Assembly: GCA_001244265.2 (NCBI GenBank)
Contig: CDLV01000010.1
Span: forward strand, 930,001-994,000
Direction of reading: 5' to 3'
DNA length: 64,000 nucleotides
Source of the DNA: Microbotryum violaceum
Lineage: Eukaryota
Shown: positions 1 through 13,343 of the stretch, piece after piece
Numbering within the stretch: position 1 is the stretch's first letter
Layout: each line of letters begins with the position of its first letter
Notes under the pieces: model-generated
The model's input: only the letters and a program-made list of their open reading frames with translations
Databases searched by the model: none
Told to the model about the DNA's origin: nothing
Position numbers and translations under genes: made by a program

Positions 1-181
1 CAGAATCTGTGCCCAGTTCAAAGGACGCCCGTTCGTTCCAGAGTTCTTACAATGCGTACATCATGTAATTTCCTCGTGATTTTCGATACACCACAAAAAA
101 GGTAGCAAAAAAAGGAGACACATTCCCCTACACCACAAATGCATCCCCACTGGTGGGCGTTTTTTCAGATCCGCTCGTTCC

Positions 182-3100
182 TCACTCGACAATGGTCAGG
201 ATGCTCGAATCAATGACCGTAGACGCAGCTGTAAGTCCCAGACGATGGTAATCAGCCTCGATGTGACGGATGACCGCGCCGCTATGTGCACTCACCTCCT
301 GCGATGGCGACCATCCATTCCGATCCATCGCGCGACTGCGTCACTGCCTTCTTGCCGCGTTGCGGTCCAGCGAGCACTATGCGCACAATCAAAAGGTGAT
401 AAGCAGTGGCTACGCGAGGTAGCTCAATCACTTGAATGTCCGATCCATCACTCACCAAGACATGTTTCGCCGGGACGATCGGGTTCCATCGGTGTGAAGG
501 CAGAGTTTGGGACGCGGTGCACCGTCTCGCCGTTCGACACGATCTCAACGCTCGCCAGGCCGTTGACAGTCTGCTTGATGATGGCTGTAGAAAGAAATCA
601 GAAAATTATCAGCGCCTCTTCCGTAACCACATGATGAAGAATACAACACACCATGTTGGCCGTCGAGTCGGTTCTCTTGGAACGTCGAGTTTGTGACGAT
701 GACCCGAATGCCCTCAACGACCCAATCGCTCGGCAAACCTTGTTTCGAATCATGCCGAGGCTGGTACTCGAGAGGCTGGGCAGCCGCCGTCGCGGCGCCT
801 TGGTACACGCCAGGAGTCTGGTACGATTGGTAGCCTGCTGCAGGGGTGGGAGCTCCGTAGGCGCCTCCAGGTGTCGGAGCAGCGCCGTACGCTGCAGGAG
901 TCGGGGCGGCACCATAGGCGGCCGGAGTCGGGGCACTGTACCCTCCGTAGCCACCTGCCGCGGGAGTGGGTGCGCCAGCATACGATGTCGGTACGCCCGC
1001 GTAGGGCGTCGGCGCGTCGTACGGCGTCTTGGCTTGGTACGCACTGCTGTAGTCGTGCGGCTTGGACGCGGCCGGTGTCGGTGCCGACTGGGCAGACTCG
1101 GAGTCGTAGTAGTTGCCACTCGGAGCCGGCGTCGGTGCTCCAGTGTACGCTGCCGGCGTTGGTGCAGCTGCGTAAGCCGCAGGTGTCGGCGCTGATCCAT
1201 AGGGTGTCGCAGGGATGTGGTAGACTCCAGGCGTCGGTGCACCGGCGTAGGCACCCGGCGTCGGTGCTCCGGCATATGGCTCGTCAGCCTCCGCTCGCCC
1301 ATTGTTCCGGACGCCGTAGGCCGGCGTCCTCCCACCCGCGTTGTAAGCCGGTGTTCGGTTGCCTCTGGGGTCCATAGCCCGTCCGGGCCCATCGTCGCGT
1401 GCTCCAGGATGGTACGGCGTGCGCGAGCTCGCGTTAAAGGTATCAGTTCCACCGACACGCACCGAGGCACCACCTCCCGGGTGAAATGGCGTCCGCGCCG
1501 ACGGGTTGAACGCACTGCTGCCGCTACCGTTGCCGTACGCCGGCGTCGCGTTGCCGAACCCAGGGTGGGCTGGTGTCCGACCCGCAGCGAAGGGGGTCGC
1601 ACCACCATAACCGACCGCAGGAGTGCGTCCACCTGCGAACTGCACAGCAGGCGTACGACCTCCCGCAAATTGCGCCGCAGGTGTTCGACCACCAAACGCC
1701 GGGAAGGGTGTGCGGCCGCCCATAGCTCCGGGTACACCGAGAGGAGCAGTATTCGTAGCCGTGCCGTGTCGTGAGCCACCGACACCTCCGCTGAAACCAG
1801 GTCGGGCACCATAACCTCCACCGTTGCTTGACCGCTCCTCCAGAGGCCCCGGCTTGAGCGAACCGTCGGGCAACTGTTCGCGCAGCGAATCGAGCGGAAT
1901 GGTAACGACCTTGTTCTGACTGTGCAGCTCAACGCGCGCCTGGTTCCCGACAACGTCCTTGATCACTCCGACGTTGCCCTTGAGACCACCCTTTGCGATA
2001 GCGACGCGACGGTGGATACGGCCATCGGGTCGGTTTGACAAGTTGACCGTGGCTTGCGGCGCTGCGGGGGCAGCGAAGAGATCGGGGTTGAGACCCATTC
2101 CTGGTCGGGTCGTCTTGGCTTTGGGGGCGGTCGAGACCAGGGACCGAGCATAAGTGACGAACACCCCACCGTTTTCCGCGTATTCGCGGTTGTATAGGAA
2201 GGCGAACACGCCTCGGTAGACGTGCAGGACCCGACCCTTGAGCCCATCGCGCACGTTTGTCGCCTCCTTCATCTCGTCCCCAGCTTTGATGTCGTACCCG
2301 TCGTGGTCCGTTGCGACAGCGTTGAACGTCGAGACTTTGCCCGAGATCTGACTCGGCTTGAGCAGGCGCATCGTACGACTCTGATCGAGCACTCGGAACA
2401 TGTCGCGCTCAATCTTGAAGATGACACCGACGTTCTCCGTGCTAAGCTGGACGAGGTCGTGCAGTTCGAACTGGCCGACGTTGTTGACGCCCGAGCCAAC
2501 TTCGGCTGCCTCTCGCACGTCCTTGGTGAAGACGTCAACCTCTTGCATGCTCAAATCACTCAGGAACGTCACGATGTCGTCTTGCACCTTGACGACCATA
2601 CCCGTCTCGTCGACATTCGATCCGGCCATGACCTTGATGTGGTCTCCGGGGGTGAAGCGTTTGCGCACACTCTTAGCCGGGACCTCGACCTTGGCGTCCC
2701 CGAGGTCGAGATCGGCATGTGGTGCGATCGTAATGACGTCGTTCAGGACGGTCTCGATCGTACCGTACATTCCCTTCTGGTCACCTTCGATGATGTCGAC
2801 ATGGTCACCAGGTTGCAAAATCGACTTGCCCGACGATTCAGCGACACCCGAGAGGTCGATCGCTTGCACCTCGCCGTCGACGCCCTTGCGATCGTTGAAC
2901 CGCGTGACTTCATCGATCGTCGGCTGCACGTCCTCGAGCGTCAACCCCGTGATGCGCATCAACTTTTCGCAGTAGCCATTTCTGTACTCTTCGTTTCGGA
3001 AGACAAACAGCTTCCCCGGTTTCCGGGATACTTCCTTGCCGCCGTAGATTTTGACGATTTCGTCGGGGTTGAAGAAGTTCTGCGGCGGTCGGAACGCGAC

Positions 3101-4762
3101 GTTGCCCGAGCCTTTCTTGCGCTTCTTGCCGTCCGAACCAAGCGTGTCCTCCTTCGGCGTCAGGTCGATGCGAGGGATGAATTTGAGCACGAGCTCTTCG
3201 TCATTCTCGGCAAAGTCGATGATTTGCGCGAGGTCACCGGCGTGCTTGCCGCGCTTTATTCGTACCCAAGCGCCGACGTTGATCTCGGGCTTCTTCTGCT
3301 TCGTCTTGAGCAAGTCAGGCATCTCTTCAATGTCGATGAGGAACAACCCGTTGATGCCGTTAATGTAGATGTTGAGCAGGCCGTTGCACGCCTTGCGCAC
3401 GGCCGTTTCGGAGCGTGCTTCGATGTAGATGAACCCTTTGAGCGAATCGCGGTGCATGGCCGAGATGATCTCGAGCGGCTCAGCATTGTCGGAAGCTGCG
3501 AGGGCGGCGGCCTTGCGAGAGATGGACATGACGAGGTCACGTTCTCGGCCAATCTGTTCGGTGGATCGAGCGGAAAGCAAGTCAGCAAGCGGGTCCGCGG
3601 ACGTAAGGCGTGGCTCAAGGGCAGCGTACCTTGCACTTGACACCCCAAATACTTGGGTCGTTCACACCCGGCATCAATAGGGCTTTGGGTGCCCATTCCG
3701 CATCGCCTTCACCCACGTAATTGGATTTACCGTAGCGGTTACGGAACGAGGCGGCGAGTTCGGCGGCTTCACGATCCCGCTTGGCCATGCGTCGCCGATC
3801 CAACAATCGATGAGACGCATCACCGTCGAGATCGCCTTCGCCCTCTACCAAATCACCCATGTCGTCGTCGCCGCCATCCGCGAGCAGTCCGCCTCGAGGT
3901 GCGCGTCGTTGATTGACGATGAAGTCATCTGCGGAGCGGGGTCATCACCGGGGAGGATTAGCTAGATTGCCCAGCAGCAGGCATCGGTCGACACGACTGA
4001 CCGTTAGCAACAAAGCCTTCCTCTCCCTCGTCTTCCTCCTCGTCCTCATCTTCATCGACATCGGCTTCAATATCGAGGAACTGATTGCCTCCGGCGCGTC
4101 TTCTCCTCTGTAGCGTGAATGGGGGAACGGGAGTCAGCTTGGTGGGCTCTGATGCAACGACAAGTGCCGATTTTCAAGATACCTTCTTCTTGCGTGGTCG
4201 ATCCCTTTCACGGTGCGAGTCCTGCAGGAGAAGATTGTACCAGAGTCAGCATTCTGGAAGCCATCGGGATGGCGAGTGAGCCGGCACCCACTTCGTCGTC
4301 GTCGTCGTCGTCATCCTCGTCCTGCTCGTCGTCATCGTCCTGGTCTTCGTCATCGCTATCATCATCCTCTTCTTCTCGGGAACGAGCGTTCTTCTTTCGT
4401 GATGCGGCGACTTGCTCGTCCTCATCATCGTCCTGATCTTGATCCTGATCCTGATCGGCTTCGTCCTGAACGTCGGTCAAGGTACGCTTGGCCGCCGACT
4501 TGGGTAGAGAGGGCGCTACCGAATCAGACTTTGGGCTCTGCATCGCCTGCCCGCCCTCCTCATCTTCCTCTTCCTCCTCCTCATCAACCACGATCGGTTG
4601 TCGTGGTTGGTTCGTCGAAGTCTGATCGCCAGTTGCTTCGCCGACGACCTTGTCCGCGTCGTCGCCGTCGAGGATGACAGGATCGATCACGGGTTTGGGT
4701 GCCTCTTGCCGATCACCCAAGCTCGAGGTCGAAACTTTGTCCTCTTCGTGTTGGGATTGCAT
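182..4762 (-). CDS. SPT5: Transcription elongation factor Spt5 (multi-exon)
   Basis: Acidic N-terminus, NGN domain (KGFIYIEA), several KOW motifs, GGRTPA and APTPA C-terminal repeats. ATG at 4762; spliced 3' exons end ...SSILTIVE* at 182-184. Confidence 0.95.
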
Positions 4763-4968
4763 CGTGGCGTGGGTGGGGAGGGGCAAGCAAGGTGAGATGA
4801 GGTTGCGGGTGCCGGACGGGTCGCGACCACGACAGCTCCGAGCTCAGCCGTCACGCGAATGGGTGGGTGAGAGTGTTGGCCCGGGTCAAGTTAGCCGCAA
4901 CTCGCCCTCCTCCCGTCCCAGGCGGGCGAGGGTGGGCGCTGGCAGGCGCAAGCCAAAATGCAAGAGGG

Positions 4969-4997
4969 TTTTGACCGATTTTGACCGATTTTGACCC
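4969..4997. repeat. 10-bp tandem repeat (TTTTGACCGA, about 2.7 copies) in the SPT5/RPL31 divergent promoter
   Basis: Read directly from the sequence. Confidence 0.8.
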
Positions 4998-5290
4998 GTC
5001 CTCTTGCGCCTGAGCGCGTGAAGCTGCGATTCCAGGCGCGTGTGGGCGATTTTTTGGGCCGAGCCGGGCGAGCGTGAGCCAGCGCGGTGAGCCTGCGGTG
5101 AACCAAGCCAGCCAAACTCAACCAGACTCAGCCAAAGCGCATAGAAGCGAATGAGAGCGAACGAGAGCGAACGCTAGCGAACGGGCCAGCCGGGCCAAGT
5201 TGTCTCGCGAGATCGACTGGATCCACCTCCAGCCCTTTCCCCCGTCGTTCCGCTCATCCACCCACACCACCACACCACCACACCTACCAC

Positions 5291-5863
5291 GTAAGCTGTC
5301 TTCTACACCAGTGCTATCCGCTCGAATTCGTTCCCGACCAAGCCACACTCTCGACAACCCGACGGGACAGTCTCTCGAGTCGCCTGCCTCAGCTGCCCGC
5401 GCCTCAGTCGCTCACGACGACGACGAGGAGAGAGCAGCGGTGGGCGTAGAATGGCCGGGGCAAAAAAACCACGGGGATCATCCATCGCCGACGGAGCACC
5501 TACAACGGCCACGAACACGACAGAATGGGGGAAGAGCACGCATGGAATGTTTGTCGGATGAACTGGGTGTGATTGCGCCCAGGCGAACGCACTGGTGGAC
5601 GACCAATCGTGGCCGCGAGGGGCATTGCATGGCGGCACGCCTTGCAGCGCGGGAGGCGTCGGCGTCGGCAGCATCGCAGGCAGACAGGCTGGGAGTGGCC
5701 CAGGGCAAAGCCGCACTCGACCACACGACACACGACACACGACACACGATCTGCAACATGCATGCTCTCGACTGCATTCAATACGATTGCCCCATACCAA
5801 ATCCACACGGTTCCAAGATTACCATGTCTCCGGAGCTGACACTACATCCATCTTCTCCCACAG
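5291..5863 (+). other. Putative 5'-UTR intron of RPL31
   Basis: GTAAGC donor at 5291, GCTGAC branch at about 5835, CACAG acceptor at 5863, 15 nt before the ATG. The donor choice is uncertain. Confidence 0.55.
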
Positions 5864-5878
5864 TTCCTTTCCTCCGCC

Positions 5879-6432
5879 ATGGTTCGCACCCGACAGACCA
5901 AGCCCGAGCGCAAGCAGCGATCCGCCCTGACCGACGTCGTCGCCCGCGAGTACACCATCCACCTCCACACCAAGGTTCACGGCCAAGGCTTCAAGCACGT
6001 GCGTACAGCGTTCCATCGACTCGGCTAAGGCATCCGTTACCTGGGGATACTAATGCGCGCTCTCATGTCTTGCTTCACAGCGTGCCCCTACAGCCGTCAA
6101 GGCCGTCAAGGAGTTTGCGCGCAAGGCGATGGGCACCAAGAAGGTCTTGCTCGACGTCAACCTCAACGCCGCCATCTGGGGCAAGGGGATTAAGAACGTG
6201 CCGCACCGCATTCGAGTGCGATGCCACCGCCGCCGAAATGACGACGAGGACGCCCCCAAGGACGAGAAGCTCTACACCATGGTCTCGTTTGTCCCAACCA
6301 AGGATTTCAAGGTGCGTTTTGCAAGTCTCTAGCTAGGGAATATAACGCTTTTCTTTGCAGGAACTGATCCCTCCCTCGTGTGCCTCCAAAACATAGGGTC
6401 TGCAAACCTCCGCCGTTGACGCCGACGAGTAA
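5879..6432 (+). CDS. RPL31: 60S ribosomal protein eL31 (3 coding exons)
   Basis: Spliced product contains DVVAREYTIHLH...RAPTAVKAVKEFA...WGKGIKNVPHRIRVR...GLQTSAVDADE*. Confidence 0.95.
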
Positions 6433-6916
6433 ACTGTCACTAGTTCTTCTTTGATAATCAAAAAAGGTAGATTCTCGTTGCTCAGTTTTTCTCTTCATTC
6501 GCATCAGCTCGAAAAAGCTCGTCATTCGCTTACTAGTGTCTGATGACGAGTCGTTGTAAACCTGGAATCGAAATGAGGCAGAGTAGGAGACGAGTAGCCC
6601 CTCAATATGTAGGGCACGCTTGCTTCTCTGGCTAGTTTGAGGGCTTGAACATTCAACTGAGGAAGAGCACAGATTTCTTTCACGGTTAACGTGGTAAAAG
6701 AGTGTGTGAGAGAGAAATGGGAGTGGTGAGATTTCAGGGAAGCAAATAAAGAAGGCGTTTCTTGGTGGTCACATCATGATAAGGGAGAGAGTGGATTGTT
6801 ACAGAGATCGTCTGGGGAGATTGAGTACTACTGCCACGCTGCTCCAAGGAACAGTTGGCTCATTTTTCTAGTGTGGGCATTGTATTGCCCAAGAGTCACC
6901 ATTGCATATGAGAGGT

Positions 6917-8858
6917 TTACTTCTTGGCCGCGGGTGTATCAAGGAGAGCAGTGACAATACCGGTACCAACTGTAGTGATCAAAGTGATAGGTTAGTCCAT
7001 TTTACATCGACTGCATTATACAAAATCAAAAGCGCCACCACTAACCCGTTTTCCCGCCTTCTCGGAGCGTGAACCTCGATCCAACCTCGAGCGCAATCTC
7101 GTGCACGAGCTCGCCGACGACCTCGACGTTATCACCGGGCATGACCATCTTCTCATCGGCGTTCTCCGTACCGGGGGGGAACGTCAACCCGACGGTGACG
7201 TCACTCGTTCGGATGAAGAGCTGCGGTCGGTAGTTGTTCATGAAGGGGGTGTAGCGACCGCCTTCCTCCTTGGTGAGGACGTACAGCGACGCCGAGAACT
7301 TGCGCGCGGGCTTGACCGAGCCGGGCACGGCGAGGACCATCCCTCGCTTGACCTGTTCTCGCTTGATACCTCGGAGCAAGGCACCCATGTTGTCACCGGC
7401 TTCTCCTCGGTCGAGTTCCTTGTGGAACATCTCGATACCGGTCAGGGTCGTCTTGAACAGCTCGCCCATGCCGACGATCTCGATTTCGGCACCCTTGGTG
7501 ATGGTACCACGCTCGACACGACCGGTGACGACCGTACCACGACCCTGGATCGAAAAGACGTCCTCGACGGGCATCAAGAAGGGCTTCTCCAAGTCACGCG
7601 GGGGTTGATCGAGCCACGTATCGACGCTGGCCATCAACTCCATGATGGAATCTTTGCCGATCTTGTCATCGCGACCCTCCAAAGCGGCCAAGGCGGACCC
7701 CTTGACAATGGGCGTGCCCTCGCCATCGAAGGCGTAGGTGGCGAGCAAGTCGCGCATCTCCATCTCGACGAGCTCGAGCATCTCCGGGTCATCGACCTGG
7801 TCGACCTTGTTGATGTAGACGACGAGCTTCTTGATGCCGACCTGGCGCGCGAGCAACAAGTGCTCTCGGGTCTGGGGCATCTGACCGTCCGAGGCCGAGA
7901 CGACGATGATACCACCGTCCATCTGGGCAGCACCGGTAATCATATTCTTGATGTAATCGGCGTGACCGGGGCAGTCGACGTGGGCGTAGTGGCGGTTCCT
8001 TAGCAAGGTGGGGGATGGATTAGCACTCGCAGATCTTTCTGGCTGCTTGCCAATGCATAGTATTTTCAGCACCACGACCTCGGACCAGGACTCACTTGGT
8101 CTCGTACTCGACGTGCGCGGTGGCGATGGTGATACCACGAGCCTTCTCCTCGGGAGCCTTGTCGATCATGTCGTAGCCGAGCACTTTACCCTTGCCACTC
8201 GCCTCGGCCAGGACCTTGGTGATGGCCGCCGTCAAGGTCGTCTTGCCGTGATCAACCTGTTGCATTTCCGAGGGAGATCTTGGAATCAGCCGTCTACTCC
8301 TACCCATGTATACCTTCCCCCTACATCTCGCCTCGGTAAGAAAGTCCAAGGAAAAGACGCAGAGGTCCAAGCTCAGAAAAGGGTGGCAAGTGAAAGCCGT
8401 GAACGCACATGACCGATGGTACCAATGTTCATGTGGGGAAGCGATCGAGTGAATTTGTTGGATTCGGTGGCATAGAAAGCCTTGGAGGCGGCTGTACACA
8501 TGGTTAATCGACGACGGATCAGCGCACTCGATCTACCGTCGACCACGGAACGCGACTCCGGCGTGACTCACGTGCGGATCGAAGGAGGGGGAGAAGGGTC
8601 GAAGAGCGGCATGCTGACGACCTCAACGCAGTCACAGCGGACGAAGCCAAGACAGGTCGGGCAGCGATCGAGACTGCAATACGAAGCAAGCGAGGCAACG
8701 ACAGGGGCAGAGAGAGATGGCCGCCCGTTGCGAAGTTAGTGCGGAATATCGACGGCTCCAGACGAGCTGCAACTACGACAGGACCAACCTGATCGAGCCG
8801 AAGCGGGAGTAGAGATACGCTTGGAGGCGAATCGGACGGCCGTGCGAGTCGACATCAT
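6917..8858 (-). CDS. TUF1: Mitochondrial elongation factor Tu
   Basis: Arg/Ser-rich presequence; [31 protein letters not shown] and NKVD motifs; last exon [10 protein letters not shown]...*. Confidence 0.95.
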
Positions 8859-9125
8859 CTTGCAGAGCGTATGCGGTGCGAGTAAGGCGGGCAGAGGCGA
8901 GGCGAGGCGAGCTGTGAAGGTGAGGTGGCAGAGAGCGGAGTCGAGAGCCCGCGCGCCCGCGTCGTCCAACGGGTCATCGAAGTCGATCGCTGAATGATCC
9001 CAGCTCGCCGATCCCAAATGTCAAAATCGCAGGGACTTATTGAAAGCGAATCTTGAACATGACGATAAGAGAATCATACACAAAATAATCTACAGCCAAG
9101 TCAAACATGCAAAGTATGCCACTCT

Positions 9126-11239
9126 TCAATCCCATCCCGAACCAAACAGAGTCGCTTCGGGTGCCTTGGCCAACCCAAGCAAATCTTCGACATCGACCGT
9201 CTTGGCTTTGGTCTCCTTCTTGCCCTTTTTGACCTCAATAACCTTGAGTACCGATGTCTTTTCCTTCTTGGGCGGGTCCTCGTTCTCCGCGACGTGCGTT
9301 TCTTTTTGCTTCGCTACCTCTGTTGGTGTCGAGAAAGACTTTGCTCCGGCCACGACTTCGCTACCGTCGCCCCTGAGCGCGTCCAGTGCGCCACCCTTCT
9401 TGGTCTTCTTCTTCTTCTTGGCTGGTTCCCCGTCCGCCTTTCCCTCCTTGTCTTCCACCGCCGGTATCTCTTTAGCCTGCGCTGTAGGCTTGTTCACCTC
9501 ACCCGAAGCAGTCTTGCCGATATCCTTTTTCAGCCCGAGCCGCTTTGCATCTCGCCCACGCTTCCGCCTCTGCTGTACCGCTTCAACTACTTCGACCTTT
9601 GTCTGCTCCTCTGTTTCTTTCTCCTCCTGCGCCTCTGCTCCCTCATCCTTCTGGCCCTCCTCCCCACCCTCCCCTTCGGTCTCCCCCATCAACTTCCTCT
9701 TTCTCTCCAGCCCCTTCCTCCGCCTCCTCATCTCCTTCTCCCTCTCCAACTCATCCAGCATGTTTTTAGGAATATCGATCGGTTTCTCCTTCTTGGCGTT
9801 GATCGCTAACCCCATTGGACCGGCATCCAAGACGCGTTGTTGTGGCGTACGTTGGTCGCGCTTTTGCTTCAGTTCGACGAACTTGGCGTCAAAGCGCACG
9901 TTGTCGAGGATCTTGAGGTCCGAGAGCAGCGTGGTCAGCTGAGAGTCAAAAAGATCATATGAGCACAGCTGCGTAAAGGGGGTACGGCGCGAGGGCCCGG
10001 TTTGAGCACGAACCCTTGTCCTATACGCCTCGAACCCCTCCTGCTCCACCATTTCATCAACAACCTTATTCCCCTTGAGCACCAAATTCACAATCGGATG
10101 TTTGGCCAACTCCTTCAAGCCGAACCAATCCTCGAACCCGCAACTGCCCAGATCGACCACTTCCAAACCTTGCTTTCCAGCAACTCGTCTCGGTGCTATT
10201 TCGGCAGTCTGACCATCGGCTTCGTCGTCCTTCTTCTCCCGGAGGGTTTTGTGACCCCATGCGGTAAAGTGGTAAGGAAGCTGTGCGAGTTTGGGGTTGT
10301 TGGAGAGACGGACTTCTCGGAGGTGGGTGAGATTCGAGAGATCGGGTAAGGAGGTCGAGGTGAGTAGGTTGTGCGACGCGGACAGTTTCTTGAGTTGTCC
10401 GAGGGAGGAGAGGTCCGCTGAAGGAAGGGAGGTGAGCGAGTTGTATGAGACCACTGGGAGGGAGAGGAAGGGAGAGGCGTGTCAGTTTTGAGCAAGCACA
10501 ACCACCAGACTCAGGCCACAGCTTCTTTTGCACATACCTAATGTGTTGAGTTGGGGTAATCGCTTCACGTGATCCAAGGTCGTGAGGTGGTTGTGGGAGA
10601 GGACGAGAGCCTTGAGCGAGACGAGCGATTCGATCACCGACGGTACTTGTTTCAATCCACAATTGGATACGTTGAGGACTGTTTTGTGCACACCGACAAC
10701 CATCAGCTCTTCCTGCCCATGTAGGTAATCTTTGAGAGTGATGGTGATTGACCAATGAGCGTCGACAGCTCCCTTACGGGCTCCCACGCATTCGAATCAG
10801 GCAAGGGTGTACCGCTGAGATTGAGATTGGCCAACGTATGCCTCGCCGAACGAAGGAAGGCGAGCGAACCGAGCCCCTGGCACGAGGTCAATTCGAGCTT
10901 GGCGAGCCGGGGATGGGCGTCCAATTGCGGGGGTGAGCTGAGCGTCTGGTCCTTGATCGTCAGTGAGGAAGGCGTGGGCTTGGGACTTGATCCTTGGGGG
11001 GCCACGGGAGGTCGAGGTCGGTTCGGACGTTGGAATGCAGGCGATAATGCAGGCGATGGGGATGGGCCCGGTTGGGGTCGAGGTGGTCGGTCGCCCCGCG
11101 CGGCAAAGTGGGGTCGTTGCGAAGGCGTCGGAGCTGACCGATCCGGTTGTCCTATCTTGTGGTAAGGCTTGCTAGGTCGTTGATCCTGCTTTCCTTTGCC
11201 ACGATCCGCTCGTAGACGTGTATTCGTGTCGGGCGCCAT
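9126..11239 (-). CDS. Leucine-rich-repeat protein with a long Lys/Glu-rich C-terminus (possibly nucleolar)
   Basis: Repeated LxxLxLSxN motifs across about 4 exons, an LRR cap (LKILDNVRFD) and a charged tail ending FGSGWD. Confidence 0.75.
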
Positions 11240-11509
11240 AAAGTGTGCGAAGATGCGCGCCAGGAAGCTCTTCGCTCGAGCTGAGCGGAGCTGTTTGGTC
11301 GGTGGGTCAGGAAGTGGCCTGCAGGTGGCCTGCGGGTGGGTAGTGGTCGGTCGAGGCGATCACGCGTGATCGACCGCGGACTTGCTGCGAAGGCACTGCG
11401 AAGGTGGAGCGCGGCTGAGCCGGGACAGCGCGGTTCCGTCATTCGGGATCGCCGAGAGCTTACGCGCTCCGGCGTCCTCCTTGGCCTCTAGCACTGCACG
11501 ATCACGACG

Positions 11510-13136
11510 ATGCAGTCCTTGTGGAGAACGGCGACAAGCCGACAATGCTTCAACTCCCTAAGACCGACAGCGGCACGGGTTTGGGCATCTTCGGGAGCGA
11601 CCAGTCTGCGTTTCAGCTCGTCCTCGTCCTCGTCCTCGTCCTCATCCTCTTCATCATCGTCGGCGCCGGAACCATCCATACCCTCGCGATCGCCCAACGC
11701 TTCCTCGACCCCAACCTCGACGCCCAGCACCTCTACCCTAGCTCGAGCGCAACAGAAGAAGCACAAGGCGAAAAAGACCAAGAGCTCCACCTCATCTTCC
11801 ATCTCCGCCTCGACGACCACCTCCGCTCCCTCTCTCACCGTCGCCTCCTTGTCCCCGTCAACCCCTCCTCTCTCCTCCCTCCTTCCCCTAGGGCTCAAGA
11901 CCTCCAAAGCAACCCACGAAGACCCATCCGACGGTCTCGTTGTCGCTTTGACCTCGGCAGAACACTACGATACCGTCGCTTTGGTCAAATCGCTCCAATC
12001 GCTCGGCTTGTTGGATCGAGCGATCAACCTCTTGGGCGAAGCCGTCTATTTGCCTCAATGGTCCCCACCTTCGTTGGATGGCCACCCAAAGGAGACGGGT
12101 CAGATCTTTGTCTTTGAATCGGGCACCATCGTCAGTTGGGGTTTGTCGCAAGCCGGCACAGAAGCCTTTTTGAGGACCGTCATCCGAGGTGGCGGTAACG
12201 CCTCGGGCCCAGCCTCGACAGCCTCTACAAACGCATCAACCAAAGTCGAGACAATGCTACGCGAGTCGACGATTGGATGGGTTGAGCAAGGGAGGTACAA
12301 TGAGTTCGAGACCGAGGTGTTGGAGTATTGGACGGGTAAGAGGTCAGTCTCAAGTTTTCAGAGTCGTGTCGTGAAAGAATTTGCCTGTTGACACCCCTCA
12401 CTTCACTTCGCTCCTCCTCAGTCAAACCCGAATGCAGGGTGATGCGGTCCACCTTTCCGGATCCTTAATGGAGATCTCTTCAACAACATCCCCCCAATCG
12501 ACTCCTTCGCGTCCGTCCAAAGACCTCCTCGCACGCCTCGCCTTCTCCGCCGGTATTGCGCGCGTAACCAAGTTGGGCGTCTACGAAGAAGCCTTCGACA
12601 CCTTCGCCTCGCACGTCGCTTCGATCCCCAAACTCCTCGAATCCGGTTCCGAAGCACCCGTACGTAAGACCGATATCATCAAACGCGTCGGCACCCTCCA
12701 CGGCTTTCGACAAAAGTTGAATCTCGAGGATGAGAACCTCTTGGACGAACCCGAATTCTTGTGGGATGATGAGAAGTTGCATGGGTACTATACGAGCGTT
12801 TGTAAAGCGCTTGAATTTGATTCAAGGTTAAGGAACCTGAACGATCGCGTCGATTACGCGTTCCAGTTGCAGAGTGAGTGCCTCGAGGGAAGCGATGCTT
12901 GCGGACTGTGCAATTCCAACTTACTCGCTACGGGTTCGACTACAGGCACTCTGATGGAATTGCTCAACACCAAGACGTCCCATCGCTTGGAGTGGATCAT
13001 CATCCTCTTGATCGCGTTCGAAATCACTATCGTCCTGATACGCGAAGGCGTAGGACTGTTCCACGGCGGCGGGGAGGACGAGGAGCCGAGATCTCGCCAG
13101 AAGAAGGTCAAGGCCGAGGAAACTGTCGTCGTTTAG
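11510..13136 (+). CDS. DUF155 (RMND1/Mrx10/Sif2-3 family) mitochondrial protein
   Basis: Presequence-like N-terminus; IFVFESGTIVSWG and SHRLEWIIILLIAFEI motifs typical of DUF155. Confidence 0.85.
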
Positions 13137-13343
13137 ACTGTAAAACTCTTGCATAGGATCTAATTTGGGGTCTCCTTGTACCACAACCACCTCTCAAATT
13201 TCCTTGTCTTTATCTCGGACATCCTCAAACCCCGCTCACCTCCGAGTCTCTTTCAGTGCCACCTTGTAATATGCACATCTCGTTCACTTTGCAAAGCCTC
13301 CTCACAGATACTCTGTATCTGTTCCTTTCAAGTTCACCGCTCG

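Noticed and set aside
2222-3640. Long antisense ORFs opposite SPT5, and similarly opposite TUF1 (7101-8003) and the bZIP gene
   Set aside because: An expected by-product of GC3-biased codon usage; no recognisable protein features.
5200-6336. 378-aa ORF over RPL31
   Set aside because: It runs through the leader and introns in a frame different from the clear eL31 exons.
6540-6660. CTGATGA...GAAA (hammerhead-like) and TGATGA...CTGA (box C/D-like) motifs
   Set aside because: Hammerhead stem II cannot close (C/C) and there are no convincing flanking stems or rRNA guide.
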